Shown: positions 62,788-64,000 of the stretch, in pieces
How the letters are laid out: each line of letters opens with the position of its first letter
How positions within the stretch are numbered: position 1 is the first letter of the stretch
Origin: Escherichia phage dw-ec
Direction: 5' to 3' (one strand)
DNA length: 64,000 nt
Sequence record: OL739525.1
Notes under the pieces: model-generated
What the model saw: only the letters and a program-made list of their open reading frames with translations
Told to the model about the DNA's origin: nothing
Database searches by the model: none
Translations under genes and position numbers: made by a program

Positions 62788-63903
62788 GTGGCAAATACAT
62801 ATTTAACTAACGTAGACTTTTCAGGAAAAGCTACGGAAGAGTCACTAGGTGCTCATATTGCTTACACTTTTGATTTTCAAGGTGGAGCGGCATCTGGTTA
62901 TAATACCCCCCTTTTATTTAAGTCAGACGGATCTCCAGACATAACTTTTGAAAAGTTAGAAGCTCTCACTAAAATGGGAGAAGATGTTACAGAGTTACGT
63001 AAAAGCTATATTCAACAAGTGATGGATCGCATTTCTGAAAAAGTGCGTGAAAAATTTGAAGCTGGTTGGGATTGGGTTTACGTTATTGATGCTGACTTCG
63101 ATGCGAACGTTGCAATTTTCTGTTCAGATAACGGTATGTTCTCTGTTGGCTTTAAAGTTGACGGACTGAATGTTGAAGTTGAAGAGGTTGCTAAACCTGT
63201 TGTTCGTGTTACTGATTATCAAGTTGTTGATGGTGATGTAATGATCTCCATTGATTTCTTTGAGGACGTTTTAGACGATGCTTTGAGTAATCTCGTTAAG
63301 AGTTCCTTAAAACAAAGTCAAGTTAAAGATTATTTAGTGAAAGCTCACGCTAAAGCTAATACAAACTCTGTGGATGCAGAGGCTAACCCCGCAGGTGATA
63401 AATCTGCAAACACAACTGGAATCAATAAAGGAGAAACCCCTTTGGAAAATATCAACAAAGAAGAATTCCTGAAATCTGCTGAATTCCAAGAACTGATGAA
63501 AGCACAGATCGCTGAAGCTGTAGAAAAAGCAGCCGCAGATGCACGTGCAGCCGCAGAACTTGAAGCACAGGAAAAAATCGCTAAGGCAGAACAGGAAGCA
63601 GAAGAACTTCGTAAAGCTGAACAAGCTCGTATCGAAGAAGAATATACAACTGTTGTTAAATCCTATTCTTTCGTAGAAGAAGACAAAGTTGAAGCTCTCG
63701 TTAAATATCTGGTAGACAATAAAGATATCGCTGAAACTATCGTCAAAGCATTCGAAAAAGCACGTGCAGAAGTGGACGCAGTTAAGAAAGAATTTGGAAC
63801 AGAACGTGGTGTTGACGTGATCAATACTCAACCTGTAGCTAAATCTTCTTCTGAACTGATTAGTCAGAAAGCTGCTGAACTTAAAAAAGCCCAGAAACAA
63901 TAA
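62788..63903 (+). CDS. putative head scaffolding or decoration protein
   Basis: 371 aa with Ala/Glu/Lys-rich coiled-coil C-terminal half (AKAEQEAEELRKAEQARIEEE). Confidence 0.45.
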   Translation: MANTYLTNVDFSGKATEESLGAHIAYTFDFQGGAASGYNTPLLFKSDGSPDITFEKLEALTKMGEDVTELRKSYIQQVMDRISEKVREKFEAGWDWVYVIDADFDANVAIFCSDNGMFSVGFKVDGLNVEVEEVAKPVVRVTDYQVVDGDVMISIDFFEDVLDDALSNLVKSSLKQSQVKDYLVKAHAKANTNSVDAEANPAGDKSANTTGINKGETPLENINKEEFLKSAEFQELMKAQIAEAVEKAAADARAAAELEAQEKIAKAEQEAEELRKAEQARIEEEYTTVVKSYSFVEEDKVEALVKYLVDNKDIAETIVKAFEKARAEVDAVKKEFGTERGVDVINTQPVAKSSSELISQKAAELKKAQKQ

Positions 63904-63922
63904 TCTTAGGAGATTAAATTAA

Positions 63923-64000
63923 ATGGCTAAAGGAATTACTTTATCTAACTCTCGCCAGGAATTCGGACACCTGGTTCTGGGTGGAGTGTTTAGCTCTGAC
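63923..64000 (+). CDS. hypothetical protein, 5' fragment truncated by window end (possible major capsid protein)
   Basis: RBS taggagattaaattaaATG; ORF runs off the window. Confidence 0.35.
   Translation, partial: MAKGITLSNSRQEFGHLVLGGVFSSD

Noticed and set aside
63334-63900. 188-aa minus-strand ORF
   Set aside because: Antisense to the scaffold-like gene (a GAA/GCT-rich region creates a Phe/Cys-rich reverse frame); no RBS and wrong strand for this block.

Overview
This window reads as a large virulent tailed-phage genome segment (low GC, no host housekeeping genes) with three transcriptional blocks. (1) 1-19,030, plus strand: about 60 tightly packed small early ORFs behind sigma70-like consensus promoters, including an eight-member paralogous small-protein family, two smaller paralog sets and a small serine recombinase. 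(2) 19,115-53,594, minus strand: a long operon-like block with nucleotide metabolism (NrdA/NrdB, glutaredoxin, ThyX-like, HAD dNMP phosphatase, MazG-like), RmlC/RmlD sugar-nucleotide enzymes, T4-type lysozyme, PhoH, a Ser/Thr phosphatase, an HslV-like peptidase, C5- and N6-DNA methyltransferase-like genes, a Sir2-like protein, a DprA/SLOG-like protein, an HNH endonuclease, a DEDDy exonuclease, an RNase H-like exonuclease with no canonical start codon, and an RNA end-healing/sealing module (metallophosphoesterase, Rnl1-like ligase, P-loop kinase) beside a second ligase. (3) 54,065-64,000, plus strand: a cluster of about 12 tRNAs plus two tRNA-like sequences, an overlapped spanin pair, a large terminase interrupted by a mini-intein in its Walker A motif, portal and head genes. 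Blocks are separated by a bidirectional terminator (about 19,070-19,105) and a 470-bp AT-rich divergent control region (53,595-54,064). All calls come from reading the sequence and the ORF track by eye; no searches or folding programs were run, coordinates of RNA and regulatory features are approximate to a few bases, and tRNA identities are hand-folded.
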